NCBI GenBank assembly: GCA_050246315.1
Contig: JBFWWG010000001.1
Span: forward strand, 1 to 64,000
Reading direction: 5' to 3'
Source of the DNA: Nitrospiraceae bacterium
Lineage (GTDB): Bacteria; Nitrospirota; Nitrospiria; Nitrospirales; Nitrospiraceae
DNA: 64,000 nucleotides
A program made the position numbers and the translations under genes. Below are positions 8,941 to 18,785 of the stretch, in pieces. The notes under the pieces were generated by a model. That model did no database searches, had not been told where the DNA came from, and saw only the letters and a program-made list of their open reading frames with translations. Numbering within the stretch: position 1 is the stretch's first letter; each line of letters opens with the position of its first letter.

Positions 8941-10168
8941 CTTCGCTGGCAGCAGAACCAGGTTCTGGCTCCTCAGCTCGTCGTTCCTGATGATCGGCTG
9001 GCTGGCATCGCCGGCCTGGAGCGAGGAACCCAGAGTCCGCGTGCGGGACCTGGGCATTTCGATCGGGGTCTACCAGCCGGGTCCATTAAACGCGATTACC
9101 GACGTGGCTGGCGTGAAGGTCGGTCACGTCACGCTGATCCGCGGCGAAGGACCGCTCTCCCCGGGACAGGGTCCGGTCCGTACCGGCGTCACCGTCATCA
9201 TCCCACGCGAGGACGTGTGGCGGCGCAAAGCCCCCGCAGGGTCATTCGTGTTGAACGGTACTGGAGAACTGACGGGACTCGCCTGGGTAGCCGAGTCCGG
9301 GTTCTTGGAATACCCCATCGCCTTAACCAGCACCTTGAACGTGCCCCGCGTAGCCAACGGCATCATGAGCTGGATGATTCAACAGTACCCGGGTATCGGC
9401 ATCGCAGACGACACGTTAACTCCCGTCGTGGGCGAATGTGACGACAGCCGTCTGAACGACAGCCAAGGACGGCACGTGTCGGAGGAGGACGTCATCCGTG
9501 CGCTGGATTCCGCTCAGGCAGGACCGGTGCCCGAGGGGACCGTCGGCGCCGGAACCGGCATGGTCTCCTATGGATTCAAGGGCGGGATCGGAACCGCATC
9601 ACGGCGCCTGTCGGACAATGAGGGAGGCTACACGATCGGGGTCCTGGTCAATGCCAACCATGGCCGACGGCCGGAATTGATGATCGACGGCGTGCCGGTC
9701 GGACGGCTATACGATCAGCACAGCGCCGTGGTGGATGAGTCAGTCCAAGTTTCTGTCGAAACCACCGTTGCGGCCGCGCTTGCCCCCCACTCCGAGCATG
9801 AGGGCTCCATTATGGTGGTGATCGCGACGGATGCCCCGCTCGACGGCCGCCAACTCACGCGCCTGGCGAAACGCGCGGCTCTGGGGTTGGCACGTTCGGG
9901 CTCCACCGCTCGACATGGCAGCGGAGATTTCATGTTGGCGTTCTCGACCGGCAACGTCATCCCGCACTACCCCAGCGAACCCACCTACTCGATGACGCAT
10001 TTGGCCGATACCCATCTCAATCCCGTGCTGTCGGCAACGGTTGAGGCCACGGAAGAAGCGATTCTCAACGCCCTGACCACGGCAACTTCGATCGAAGGAC
10101 GCGACCGTCACCGAGTCGAGGCCATCTCTCTCGCGCGCCTGCGCACGTTGCTGCGACTGCCCCCGTGA
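8930..10168 (+). CDS. DmpA/P1-family (S58) aminopeptidase, probably exported
   Basis: GPLNAITDVAGVKVGH, VRTGVT, VGAGTGM, FKGGIGTASR, G|SIMVVIATDAPL; N-terminal signal-like segment. Confidence 0.92.
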   Translation: MSCSFAGSRTRFWLLSSSFLMIGWLASPAWSEEPRVRVRDLGISIGVYQPGPLNAITDVAGVKVGHVTLIRGEGPLSPGQGPVRTGVTVIIPREDVWRRKAPAGSFVLNGTGELTGLAWVAESGFLEYPIALTSTLNVPRVANGIMSWMIQQYPGIGIADDTLTPVVGECDDSRLNDSQGRHVSEEDVIRALDSAQAGPVPEGTVGAGTGMVSYGFKGGIGTASRRLSDNEGGYTIGVLVNANHGRRPELMIDGVPVGRLYDQHSAVVDESVQVSVETTVAAALAPHSEHEGSIMVVIATDAPLDGRQLTRLAKRAALGLARSGSTARHGSGDFMLAFSTGNVIPHYPSEPTYSMTHLADTHLNPVLSATVEATEEAILNALTTATSIEGRDRHRVEAISLARLRTLLRLPP

Positions 10169-10274
10169 ACCGGACGCGGCGCGGATCGATCTGCACCAAC
10201 GGCGACCAGACTTGCAATTGTTTGCAATGCAGGGCTAAGCTCAGGACCATTCGGCTCGTCCGGCAGCGACGACT

Positions 10275-10502
10275 ATGGGAGACTATCAGATCGGCGGCGG
10301 CCTCCGGTTACTCACCGCCCTGGAGAAAACACAGGCGTTCGCCGGCTTTCTTCAGAACCGACTGATTCGAGCCATCGAATCCGAAGATCCCACGGAATTA
10401 CATTACCTGCTGGCTCAACTCGACGATTACCATTCCTACATGTGGCGATATTATAGGAAGCTCCACGAGGAGCGCCCAGCGCGCGTGAATCCAGATCTGT
10501 AA
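10275..10502 (+). CDS. Small hypothetical protein
   Basis: 75-aa helical ORF filling the gap between dmpA and the FIST gene. Confidence 0.65.
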   Translation: MGDYQIGGGLRLLTALEKTQAFAGFLQNRLIRAIESEDPTELHYLLAQLDDYHSYMWRYYRKLHEERPARVNPDL

Positions 10503-10530
10503 CCCACAACCCCTGGCGTGATCCATTTCG

Positions 10531-11751
10531 ATGACGACGACAGCTCAGAAGACGACATTGCGATTTGCTTCCGCCCTCTCCCACCGGATGTCTGCGGAAG
10601 ATGCCGGGGAAGAAGTCGCGCGGGAAATACGAGAATCCTTGGGCACGGACCAGCCTGACCTGGCCTGTCTGTTTTTTTCCGGGCACTACGCAACCGCCGC
10701 GGATCGTCTGCTGTCCGCCATCCGGTCGCGGTTGAAATCGACCGTCCTGATCGGATGCACGGGAGAGGGCATCATCGCGCAAGGACAGGAATTTGAAGAA
10801 GCGCCGGCAGTGACTCTGTGGGCCGCGCGCCTACCGGGCGTGCGCATGAACCCGGTCTATCTGCCGTTCGACGGCGAGGACGCTGAATCAGGCCTCCCTG
10901 ACTGGCCTTTCGAGTCCGAAACGTTCGGCGAGAGCCTAGACGGAGATTCGCCCCTGCTGCTGATGCTCGCGGATCCCTTTACGACGCCGGTGAAGGACTC
11001 ACTGGATTCCCTGCACGAGCTCTATCCGAGCATACGCGCCGTCGGCGGCTTGGCCGGCGGAGGGCGCGAACCGGGAGAGCATCGGCTGATCCTGGATGAC
11101 CGAGTATTCGACCGGGGCCTGGTGGGCGTCCTCCTTTCCGGACCCATCGGCGTCCATACGGTGATTTCGCAGGGTTGCCGGCCGATCGGCGAGCGCTGTA
11201 TCGTGACGAGGGCCGATCACAATGTGATCTACGAACTGGGCGGCGCTCCGGCACTGGATCAACTCCAGGAGGCCTTCGATTCGTTGACGGAGGATGAAAA
11301 GCAGCATGCCCAGCGGGCCTTGCACCTCGGCATTGCGATGGACGAGCACCGCGAACGGTTTGATCGGGGCGACTTTCTCGTGCGCAATATCCTGGGAGCC
11401 GACCGCAGTTCTGGATCGATCGCCGTGGGCGACACGGTACAAGAGGGGCAAACGGTGCAGTTTCACCTCCGGGACGCCGAATCGGCGAGCGAGGATTTGA
11501 ACCTGATGCTGGCCGCCGAGCAAAACCGCGCGACGTTGGCCCCGAAGGGCGCCCTGATTTTTAGTTGCTGCGGACGGGGCCACCATCTCTTTGGGCACTT
11601 GCACCATGATGCCGAGACCATGCACAATCGGTTCGGCGCCATCCCGGTCAGTGGGTTTTTTTGTCAGGGCGAGATCGGACCGGTCGGGACGCACAATTTC
11701 CTCCATGGATATACGGCCAGCATCGCCCTGTTCTTCGAGCCAGACCCGTAA
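10531..11751 (+). CDS. FIST N/C domain sensory protein
   Basis: [41 protein letters not shown]. Confidence 0.92.
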   Translation: MTTTAQKTTLRFASALSHRMSAEDAGEEVAREIRESLGTDQPDLACLFFSGHYATAADRLLSAIRSRLKSTVLIGCTGEGIIAQGQEFEEAPAVTLWAARLPGVRMNPVYLPFDGEDAESGLPDWPFESETFGESLDGDSPLLLMLADPFTTPVKDSLDSLHELYPSIRAVGGLAGGGREPGEHRLILDDRVFDRGLVGVLLSGPIGVHTVISQGCRPIGERCIVTRADHNVIYELGGAPALDQLQEAFDSLTEDEKQHAQRALHLGIAMDEHRERFDRGDFLVRNILGADRSSGSIAVGDTVQEGQTVQFHLRDAESASEDLNLMLAAEQNRATLAPKGALIFSCCGRGHHLFGHLHHDAETMHNRFGAIPVSGFFCQGEIGPVGTHNFLHGYTASIALFFEPDP

Positions 11752-11852
11752 GCCGCCGCGCGCCCGCCCTCACAGCCGAAGGATTCCCCCATAATCTGTT
11801 CTCCGGCTTGAACGATCGGATCACCGTGACGCGCGAACAAGGAGCGAGCGTG

Positions 11853-12311
11853 ATGAAAATCTTCTCCATGATGACCGTCGGAGCAATCAGTCTATCCGGC
11901 GCCCTCATTTCCGGGACCGGCCCCGCAGGAGCTGAGGACAAGAAAGGCGAGACACCCATGACAACAGCACAGGAAATTACCACCCCGTCCGGGCTCAAAT
12001 ATGTGGACCTTCAAGTCGGGTCCGGAGATCTCGCCGTCACCGGCAGTCTCGTGACCGTCCACTACACCGGCTGGCTCATTGACGGAACGAAGTTCGACAG
12101 CTCCGTCGATCGCCGCCAACCTTTTTCATTTCCACTGGGGGCCGGACGGGTCATCAAGGGATGGGATGAGGGAGTGGCAGGGATGAAGGTCGGGGGCAAG
12201 CGCAAGCTCACCATTCCTTCAGATCTCGGCTACGGGACCCGCGGCGCCGGCGGCGTCATTCCGCCCAATGCCACGCTGCTGTTCGATGTGGAACTGCTAG
12301 AAGTGCGGTAG
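11853..12311 (+). CDS. FKBP-type peptidyl-prolyl isomerase with signal peptide
   Basis: [39 protein letters not shown] aaggag. Confidence 0.95.
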   Translation: MKIFSMMTVGAISLSGALISGTGPAGAEDKKGETPMTTAQEITTPSGLKYVDLQVGSGDLAVTGSLVTVHYTGWLIDGTKFDSSVDRRQPFSFPLGAGRVIKGWDEGVAGMKVGGKRKLTIPSDLGYGTRGAGGVIPPNATLLFDVELLEVR

Positions 12312-12362
12312 ACGGCTGAACCGACTCTCGTCATCAGTCCGGCCACGTCCTGACACCACGCT

Positions 12363-13469
12363 ATGCAACACACTCCTCTGTATACCGCTCATGTCTCCGC
12401 CGGAGGTCGGATGGTCGACTTCGCGGGATGGGAGATGCCCATCCAATACAGCGGTGTGGTGGACGAGTATCAGACGGTCCGGTCGAGGGCCGGCCTCTTC
12501 GATGTAAGCCACATGGGCCGCGTGGCGGTACAGGGCAGCGGTGCAGTGCCGTTCTTGCAACGGGTGACGACCAACAACGTGGCGGCGCTCCCCAGGATGC
12601 AGGCGCACTATTCGATGCTGTGCAACGAACGCGGAGGCATTAAGGACGACATTTTTGTCTATCGGCTCGCGCCGGACGAATTTCTGCTCTGCGTCAATGC
12701 CTCCAACCGGGAGAAAATCGTCTCCTGGTTGCGGCACCAGGGACGGGAGACAACCGACTGTCGTATCGAGGATCGCTCAGCCACCCTGGCTCAATTGGCG
12801 ATTCAAGGACCCGCCTCCCGAGATATCATGTCGGCCTTCGGCATTCCAGGGTTGGAGTCATTGAAACTTCGCCACTCTTGTGAGGCAAGTCTGCTGGACG
12901 TTCGTTGCCTCATCGCCCGAACCGGCTACACGGGGGAGTTCGGATACGAACTCTATGTGCCGGCTTCCCTTGCATCCCGGCTGTGGGAAGCTCTGTTGAC
13001 AGAGGGCAAGACCGCCGGCCTCAAGCCGGCCGGGCTGGGGGCGCGGGACCTGCTTCGCCTGGAGATGGCCTATCTTCTATACGGAAGCGACATCTCGGAG
13101 GAGACCACGCCGTTGGAAGCAGGCGCAGGGTGGGCCGTGGCCATGACGAAGGGAGAGTTCATCGGGCGTTCCGTCCTTCAACAGCAGCAGCAGGAAGGCA
13201 CGACCCGCCGGCTGATCTCCTTCGAGCTGTTGGAAAAAGGCGTCCCGCGACATGGCTTTGCCATTCGTTCACCAAAGGCAGAGGGAAGCCAAATTGGAGA
13301 GGTGACGAGCGGAAACCTCTCGCCCATCCTCCAGAAGGGCATCGGGATGGGCTATGTCTCACCTGACCATGCGGCCCAGGGGTCTTCGCTGATCATCGAC
13401 ATTCGCGGCAAAGCCGTCCCAGCAATCGTGGTGAAGCCGCCCTTCTACAAACAGAAGCGTCCCCTCTAA
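12363..13469 (+). CDS. gcvT: Glycine cleavage system aminomethyltransferase T
   Basis: FAGWEMPIQY, FDVSHMG, RTGYTGE.GYE, GLGARD.LRLE. Confidence 0.97.
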   Translation: MQHTPLYTAHVSAGGRMVDFAGWEMPIQYSGVVDEYQTVRSRAGLFDVSHMGRVAVQGSGAVPFLQRVTTNNVAALPRMQAHYSMLCNERGGIKDDIFVYRLAPDEFLLCVNASNREKIVSWLRHQGRETTDCRIEDRSATLAQLAIQGPASRDIMSAFGIPGLESLKLRHSCEASLLDVRCLIARTGYTGEFGYELYVPASLASRLWEALLTEGKTAGLKPAGLGARDLLRLEMAYLLYGSDISEETTPLEAGAGWAVAMTKGEFIGRSVLQQQQQEGTTRRLISFELLEKGVPRHGFAIRSPKAEGSQIGEVTSGNLSPILQKGIGMGYVSPDHAAQGSSLIIDIRGKAVPAIVVKPPFYKQKRPL

Positions 13470-13529
13470 CCCCCTTCGGCACGACGCGGACGGACTCAAC
13501 TCACGTCTGACCATCCCAGGCGGTGAACG

Positions 13530-15533
13530 CTAGGTTCCAATCAGTCCTCCGTCATTCTTGCGAATGACGACCGTCGCCGCCCGCGGACGTCCACCCGTTG
13601 GTCCATCCGGCCAAGCACTGATCGCCGTTGGCTGTGCTGGATCGCTCAACTGACCGGGAATCTTGCCTGGATGCTGGATGTTGATGAACAGCGTGCATTG
13701 ATCCGGCGTGTAACTCACTCCCGTCACTTCACACCCTTTGGGGCCGACGAGGAAGCGGCGTGTCGTCCCGGTGTCTACGTCGCAGGCCAGTAATTGATTG
13801 TTGCCGAAGTTCGCATACTCTCCCGTCCCTTGGGCGTTTGTCGACATATCCGTCTGAATCCATAGGATCCCGCGAGCATCGAACCTGAGACCATCCGGGC
13901 AGGCGAAGATGTCCCCTGTGAGGTTCCCTTGCCGAGACACATCGCCCTGCGTCGGGTCTCCGCAGAGGAGGAACACATCCCATACGAACCTGACAGCCGA
14001 CGCATTACCGGCCTCTTCCCGCCACCGCACGATATGTCCGAAGATATTGTTCGTTCGAGGATTCGCACCGTCTGCTTCTGGTCGTCCGGCCATTCCCCGT
14101 TGAACATTATTTGTCAGCGTGACATACACATCGTGGGTGGTCGGATGACTGGAAATCCATTCCGGCCGGTCCATTTTAGTCGCCCCAACACGGTCGGCCG
14201 CTTGCCTGGTTTTGACCAACACATCGGCCTGTGTGAAGAATCCGTTGACGGCGGTCAGGTTGTTTAGACCCTGCTCAAGTTCCAGCCAGCGGCCCGTTCC
14301 ATCGCTGTTGAACTTGGCCACATACAGGGTGCCATAGTCCAAGAGATCCTGGTTGACGGCACGATCGTCCGGATTCCACGCATCGCGACTCACAAACTTG
14401 TAGATATATTCGAAATTCTCATCGTCTCCCATGTAGCACACGATACGATTGTCCGGCGCCACCGTCACCCACGCCCCCTCATGCTTGATGCGACCGAGCG
14501 CGGTTCGTTTCACGGGCATGGACTGAGGATCGTAGGGATCGATTTCCACCACCCAGCCGAATCGATTCGGTTCATGGGGATTGGCATCCGCATCGAAACG
14601 TGGATCATAGCGGTCCCATTGATGGCCGAATCCGTCCTTCGTGAGACCATAGCGTGCCTGATCGTCCGGGATGGTCGCTCCATTGACGAAATACCCGTTC
14701 CAATTCTCCTCGCACGTGAGGTACGTCCCCCAGGGGGTGACGCCGCCCGCACAGTTGTTTAGAGTGCCCAGAACCGTCAGTCCGTCTGGGTCAGACGCCG
14801 TCTTCACCAGGTCCGTACCGGCCACGGGGCCTGACAGCCGAATAGGGGTCCTCGCCGTGATACGGCGCGCGAATGACGAGGGACGAACCACCGTCCAGGT
14901 ATCGTTCCTGAATTCCACTTCGACCACGGAGACGCCAAGTGCATTCTGAGCCTTGGTGACTTTTTCAGCCGTCCAGGGTGTGCGTCCGCCCACATGCAGC
15001 AGCCCGTCGTCTGTGTGCTCATGATTGACCGCCAGCAACCCCCACGTCGAGGAAGATGATCCTCTGGGTAGCGGGAAGAACTGCATGCCATCGTGATTCA
15101 TTCCCGCCTGATCGGCTTGCTCCTCGGCTGTATTGCTCGCATCAGACCTGAATGCAGGCTGACCAACGGCCAGCCCCTGCACCCCGATGGGATCTCCCCA
15201 GGCATAGAGAACACGTGCCGTATAACCTGTCGGTACCGTGACCGCATCGGCATTGCCGATCGAGACACCCTGAAACGAAAACGGCAGTGTTCCGGATGGC
15301 TCGGCTTTGGAGGTCGTCTCCGCTGAAGACACTGAAGACGAGGCATCCCTGTCGCCACAGCCGGTGAGCGAACCTCCGAAGATGGTGACAGCCGCCAACC
15401 CGACGCCGCCTCGAACGAGACGCGCCATCAACTCTCGGCGGTCGATACTGGCTGCCAGCCATTGCTCACACACGTAGCGCAAGTCTTCGTTGAGAGACGG
15501 ATTGCTTCCCTCCGCAGTCTCCGATTCACGCAT
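13530..15533 (-). CDS. phoX: PhoX-family alkaline phosphatase, Tat-exported (possible lipoprotein)
   Basis: DRREL twin-arginine signal and LTGC; NHDG, VNHE, NCAGG.TPWGTYLTCEEN, GR.KHE, DRPE, NIQHPG; GGAGG RBS before 15533. Confidence 0.93.
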   Translation of the reverse strand: MRESETAEGSNPSLNEDLRYVCEQWLAASIDRRELMARLVRGGVGLAAVTIFGGSLTGCGDRDASSSVSSAETTSKAEPSGTLPFSFQGVSIGNADAVTVPTGYTARVLYAWGDPIGVQGLAVGQPAFRSDASNTAEEQADQAGMNHDGMQFFPLPRGSSSSTWGLLAVNHEHTDDGLLHVGGRTPWTAEKVTKAQNALGVSVVEVEFRNDTWTVVRPSSFARRITARTPIRLSGPVAGTDLVKTASDPDGLTVLGTLNNCAGGVTPWGTYLTCEENWNGYFVNGATIPDDQARYGLTKDGFGHQWDRYDPRFDADANPHEPNRFGWVVEIDPYDPQSMPVKRTALGRIKHEGAWVTVAPDNRIVCYMGDDENFEYIYKFVSRDAWNPDDRAVNQDLLDYGTLYVAKFNSDGTGRWLELEQGLNNLTAVNGFFTQADVLVKTRQAADRVGATKMDRPEWISSHPTTHDVYVTLTNNVQRGMAGRPEADGANPRTNNIFGHIVRWREEAGNASAVRFVWDVFLLCGDPTQGDVSRQGNLTGDIFACPDGLRFDARGILWIQTDMSTNAQGTGEYANFGNNQLLACDVDTGTTRRFLVGPKGCEVTGVSYTPDQCTLFINIQHPGKIPGQLSDPAQPTAISAWPDGPTGGRPRAATVVIRKNDGGLIGT

Positions 15534-16422
15534 GCGTTCCTCCATGATTCGATGCCTTGAGAGTCGGGAGTTGCCTTGGGTCGGACCTGGTTGCGGACAG
15601 CCCAGAGGCATTTCCGAGCGGGCGTACGGACATAGATCGCTGAAGCCGTTGGAACGGATCTGGATGCGGTGCATGGGGAGGATGGAGACGGCGACGGAAG
15701 AGGATTGGAGGAGCCGAGACACCCCTTGGCAGGAGTTGGCCGGGACGCGCGTTGAATCGGTCTGACAAATCACAGAGGCAGCGACCAGGATGCATGTTCG
15801 GCATGTTCAGAAGACCGCAGCGGCAGGGAGACAATCGGTAATGTCCGAACGCCTGCCCACGACACGGTCTGGACGGTGGCGTCCGCTCTCGACTCAATTC
15901 AAAGATAGCTGATCGAAGGGGAACCGCAAGTTTCGCCCGAGACGATGTCTGTGCTCCAGACTATGACAAGGAGGGGGTGGAGGAACCGCGTCTGGTCAGA
16001 AGGAACTGCGGCGATGGACTCAGTCCCCTCTGTCCTACAGGAGGCTGCTCGCCCGTCGCTCGGCCGGCCAGTGCTTTCTCTCCGACGTGGCGAAAGCCTT
16101 GCCCGAACTTCCGACTCAGCCTGCAAGTCGGTGGTCTCCTTCCTCTCTGGGAACGGCTCTGAGACCTGTCAGGATTTTGACGCGGCCGCCCGGCGGATCC
16201 GTTCGAAGTCAAGTGGGACAGGAAATCAGGAACCAGCGAGGTGCCGCTTCCATCAAAATGTGAGACGCGGAAGTCCTGTCCCACGAGGAATCAACCTATG
16301 GCTATTCTGAGAGACGGGGGGTGCTGGAGAAATGATCGTTGTGTTCCAGTCGAGGAATCGGTACTCTCCCGGCAGACAGACCTTGATGACCTGGGCGATA
16401 CGGAGAGATGGGAGAGAACAGG

Positions 16423-16980
16423 ATGACCAAGAAAGTGTATGCGGGAAAAGTCGTCCATCTTCACGTCGATACGGTGCAACTCCCCAACGGACTGATGGTC
16501 GATCTGGAGGTGATCCGCCATCCCGGTGCCTCAGCCGTCGTCCCGTTGAAGGATGACGGCACGGTCATCCTCATCCGACAGTTCCGCCACGCCGCCGGCG
16601 GCTTTATCTATGAGATCCCGGCAGGCAAACTCAACCAAGGCGAAGAGCCGTTGCATTGCGCAGCACGAGAATTGGAAGAAGAAATCGGCTATCGCGCCGC
16701 GCGGTTCCAACTCCTCTCCAGTATTTTCACCGCACCGGGATTTACCGACGAAGTCATTCATGTCTATTTGGGCACCGGCTTGTCGGCAGGGAGGCAACAA
16801 CTTGACCGGGATGAAGTCCTGGAGGTCGTGGAGATGCCGATCACGAAAGCGGTCGAGATGATTCACGCGGGTGAAATCCGCGACGCCAAGACCATCGTCG
16901 GACTTCAATCCGCCTATATTCTGCTGGCGACGTCGAGTGAGTCTGGAACCGAACCGGATGTGACCGAAGGAAGAAGCTGA
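16423..16980 (+). CDS. NUDIX hydrolase (ADP-ribose pyrophosphatase-like)
   Basis: HPGASAVV, RQFR, EIPAGKL...CAARELEEEIG Nudix box, DAKT. Confidence 0.92.
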   Translation: MTKKVYAGKVVHLHVDTVQLPNGLMVDLEVIRHPGASAVVPLKDDGTVILIRQFRHAAGGFIYEIPAGKLNQGEEPLHCAARELEEEIGYRAARFQLLSSIFTAPGFTDEVIHVYLGTGLSAGRQQLDRDEVLEVVEMPITKAVEMIHAGEIRDAKTIVGLQSAYILLATSSESGTEPDVTEGRS

Positions 16981-17158
16981 GCCCCCTGCGGTTGTCGATG
17001 GACCGCAGCGGCCACGGAGCCCTACAAATCCACCGCGGGCCCCTCAACTCGCCGGTCGCTTCGTGGTTGCGAGGTTGAGCGGATGCTGGTCTCCACCCTA
17101 CGCCCCCTCTGTACAGCCACTCGTTCGAGATCCTCGATCGTGTTGTGCAATCGAAGCG

Positions 17159-17578
17159 TTATCGTCGCTCTTTCAACAGATCTCGAATCTGGGTGAGCAA
17201 CTTTTCTTCGTTGGATGGTTCCGGCGGGGCGGCCGGAGCCGCAGGAGGCGAGCCTTTGAGGCGATTGACCTGCTTGACCAGCAAAAAGATCACGAAAGCG
17301 ATGATGACAAAGTCGAACACCGTCTGGAGAAACACGCCATAGTTCACCGTCGGTGCTCCGGCCGCCTTGGCGGCGGCCAACGACGGATAGTCCTGGCCGG
17401 AGAGAGTGAGAAAGAGACTCGCAAAATCCACCTTGCCCATCAGGAGTCCGATCGGCGGCATCAGCACGTCGCCGACCAGCGAGGAAACGATCTTTCCGAA
17501 CGCGCCGCCGATAATGACGCCGATCGCCATATCGAGCACGTTGCCCTTCATGGCAAATTCCTTGAATTCTTTCAGCAT
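17159..17578 (-). CDS. mscL: Large-conductance mechanosensitive channel
   Basis: [31 protein letters not shown]...LLTQIRDLL. Confidence 0.98.
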   Translation of the reverse strand: MLKEFKEFAMKGNVLDMAIGVIIGGAFGKIVSSLVGDVLMPPIGLLMGKVDFASLFLTLSGQDYPSLAAAKAAGAPTVNYGVFLQTVFDFVIIAFVIFLLVKQVNRLKGSPPAAPAAPPEPSNEEKLLTQIRDLLKERR

Positions 17579-17654
17579 GACCTGCCTCCTTCAGGGTGGG
17601 CACATGAGTTGTGCGGTCATCCTTGCCGAGCGCGAGGAGAGCTCCTCCGTGGCA

Positions 17655-18710
17655 TCACAGCGCGTATCCGAAGGTGATGAGATAAATGGTGTCCGATTTT
17701 CCCGTTCCCGGCGCCGGCGCATTGTTGTACCGCCACGTCACCTGGGGTCGAATAACGAAATGCGCGTTGAGGTTGAACGCCGCGCCCGTGTTCGTGAGGA
17801 TATAGAAGTCCTTGGGATTTTCCAAGGACGGGTACCCCTCATTGTTTTGGTAGAAGGTGATCCGGTCCTTCACAATGGGCCAGTTCAGATTCATCGCCCA
17901 ACGGGCTCGGATCGAACTCCTGTCTTCGTTCGTCGGAGCTATGAAGTCTTCGTTGAAGTAGGCTAGGCCCGCTTCCGCGTAGAACGTCATCTCTGAGAAG
18001 AAGCCGTCAAAATCGCCCTTGTCGATGAATTGATAACCGGGGCCGGTACCGAGGGCCGTGCGGAGTTTCAAGTCCTGAAAGGTATCCTTTTCGAAGTAGG
18101 CGTTGGCGAACCAATAGAATCGCTTCGTGATGAAAAAGTCGAGCTTGATGGTTCCCAGCGCGTTCCGGGCCACAACCTCGCCTGAGGTTTCGCCGTAGAT
18201 GTACCGTCCCATCAGAGTGAGCCGGAGCTTCTCGCCCCTGGCCACAAAGTCGAACAAGGCGCTGATGTTCTTGAATTCCGCGTTCCCGCTGGTTCCGGAG
18301 ATGCCCACCGTCGCGTTCCCCGTAAACTGCACCGGCGGGATGTTGATGGCGGTCACCGAGTCGATCGGCACTTCCACCGGCATCAAAAGAGGTGGGGCCT
18401 TCAGCATCAAGGTTCCCGGCTTGCCCTCCACGGCCCGCCCCTGAATGATCGTCCCTTCCTTGGTTGTGAATGAGCCGCCCTTGCCCAGGGTCAGTTGGGT
18501 CACATCCGCCCACTTGACGGACAGGGTACCGTCTCCCCCGCCGAAGCCCGTCTTGATGCGGAGCGTGCCGGCGTTGAGGTCGACAATCTCCCCATAGATC
18601 ACACTGCCGTCCTTCATCGTCACGACGTCCAGTCCTTCGGCCGCAGCGGCGGCACCCGTCGCCCACAGAACCATCCACACCACCACGACAAGAACCGATC
18701 GATACCCCAT
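17655..18710 (-). CDS. DUF481 (YdiY-like) outer-membrane beta-barrel protein
   Basis: Signal peptide; DTFQDLKLR...GPGYQF; C-terminal FGYAL. Alternative start at 18770. Confidence 0.85.
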   Translation of the reverse strand: MGYRSVLVVVVWMVLWATGAAAAAEGLDVVTMKDGSVIYGEIVDLNAGTLRIKTGFGGGDGTLSVKWADVTQLTLGKGGSFTTKEGTIIQGRAVEGKPGTLMLKAPPLLMPVEVPIDSVTAINIPPVQFTGNATVGISGTSGNAEFKNISALFDFVARGEKLRLTLMGRYIYGETSGEVVARNALGTIKLDFFITKRFYWFANAYFEKDTFQDLKLRTALGTGPGYQFIDKGDFDGFFSEMTFYAEAGLAYFNEDFIAPTNEDRSSIRARWAMNLNWPIVKDRITFYQNNEGYPSLENPKDFYILTNTGAAFNLNAHFVIRPQVTWRYNNAPAPGTGKSDTIYLITFGYAL

Positions 18711-18785
18711 GCAGCCTCCCTGACTCACGATAAGAATGTTCTCGCGGCGATCCGCCGGACTTCGCTCCATGGCACCTCTCCTTGG

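Noticed and set aside
16080..16170. c-di-GMP-I riboswitch suggested by a GAAA-capped hairpin
   Set aside because: The GGCAAA...GACGCAAAGC consensus is not present on either strand.
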